The notes beneath the pieces were generated by a model. The model ran no database searches. It saw nothing but the letters and a program-made list of their open reading frames with translations, and was not told where the DNA came from. Shown here piece by piece: positions 63,402 to 64,000 of a stretch of DNA of 64,000 nucleotides (position 1 is its first letter; each line of letters begins with the position of its first letter). The position numbers and the translations under genes are program-made. The stretch is from assembly GCA_964106915.2 (NCBI GenBank), contig OZ066917.1. One strand, given 5' to 3'. The stretch comes from Podarcis gaigeae. Taxonomy: Eukaryota.

Positions 63402-64000
63402 TATATTATATTTCCCCCCAAGTATTCTGGAGAGATTTGATCCACTTTCCTTTCCTTTTTACCAACCCCTTCATATTTTTTTAAGAAGTCCCCTATTTTG
63501 GAGTAAAATATGATGGCTGTGTTGGACTTTCCCGGCCGTTATTCACTGAGATACATGTCAAATTTGAAAGCCCCTGGAGTTGAGAGTGCTCTTGTGTTCA
63601 GGTCCATACCCATCTGCTTGGCCACTGATAGAGTAGGATGCTGGAACTAGATGGAGCATTGGCCTGATCCCACAGGCTCTTCTTGCATTCTTAAAGTGCA
63701 GTGGAAACCATTTCCAATCAATGTAGGAACACAGAAGTCTCCCACAAGGTAGTGAGCACCACTTAAGATTAAATCCAGGCTCACATTCCTTCTTGGTAGT
63801 TTCCCATATGTTCTAGACATTTTATTGTTACCAAAACATGCATTTTCCCCAGTCTACGCGGGGCTAATTGAAGCCTGTGTTTCTCCCTCAACTGCTTCTA
63901 ATGATCTCCATCCTGAGATCATTTAGAGCATTTGGGTTAGAGGGTAGACACTTGCATGCCTGTAGTACTAAATTACTTTTGGGACTTTCAATTGCCACCT

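Noticed and set aside
50000-64000. Exons of a neighbouring gene (e.g. GLRA2 by mammalian synteny)
   Set aside because: No recognisable coding similarity in any frame. The region appears intergenic.

Overview
This is vertebrate genomic DNA from a squamate reptile. The Sauria SINEs and tRNA/CR1-tailed SINEs suggest a lacertid lizard (inference). One host gene is recognisable: GEMIN8 on the minus strand. It has a CpG-island promoter at ~49.3-49.8 kb, a probable 5' exon at 43811-43880, an exon ending in ATG at 43193-43230, and coding exons at 35753-36191 and 8409-8665, giving about 232 aa. The rest is intronic or intergenic DNA rich in Sauria SINEs, Tc1/mariner- and hAT-type MITEs, CR1/L2 fragments, one solo LTR and microsatellites. 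The standout structure lies in a GEMIN8 intron: a very young, near-perfect 2.27-kb palindrome (two 1131-bp arms, 4-bp spacer) built from the 3' part of a Penelope-like retroelement. Each arm has an intact GIY-YIG endonuclease ORF with no reverse transcriptase, and the stop codon lies inside a minimal hammerhead ribozyme motif. One arm carries an extra 31-bp tail, and the unit is inserted in a (TA)n tract. A second, much smaller palindromic Penelope-like/hammerhead relic of a different family lies at 9153-9568, split by a MITE. No database searches were possible, so family names come from motif recognition.
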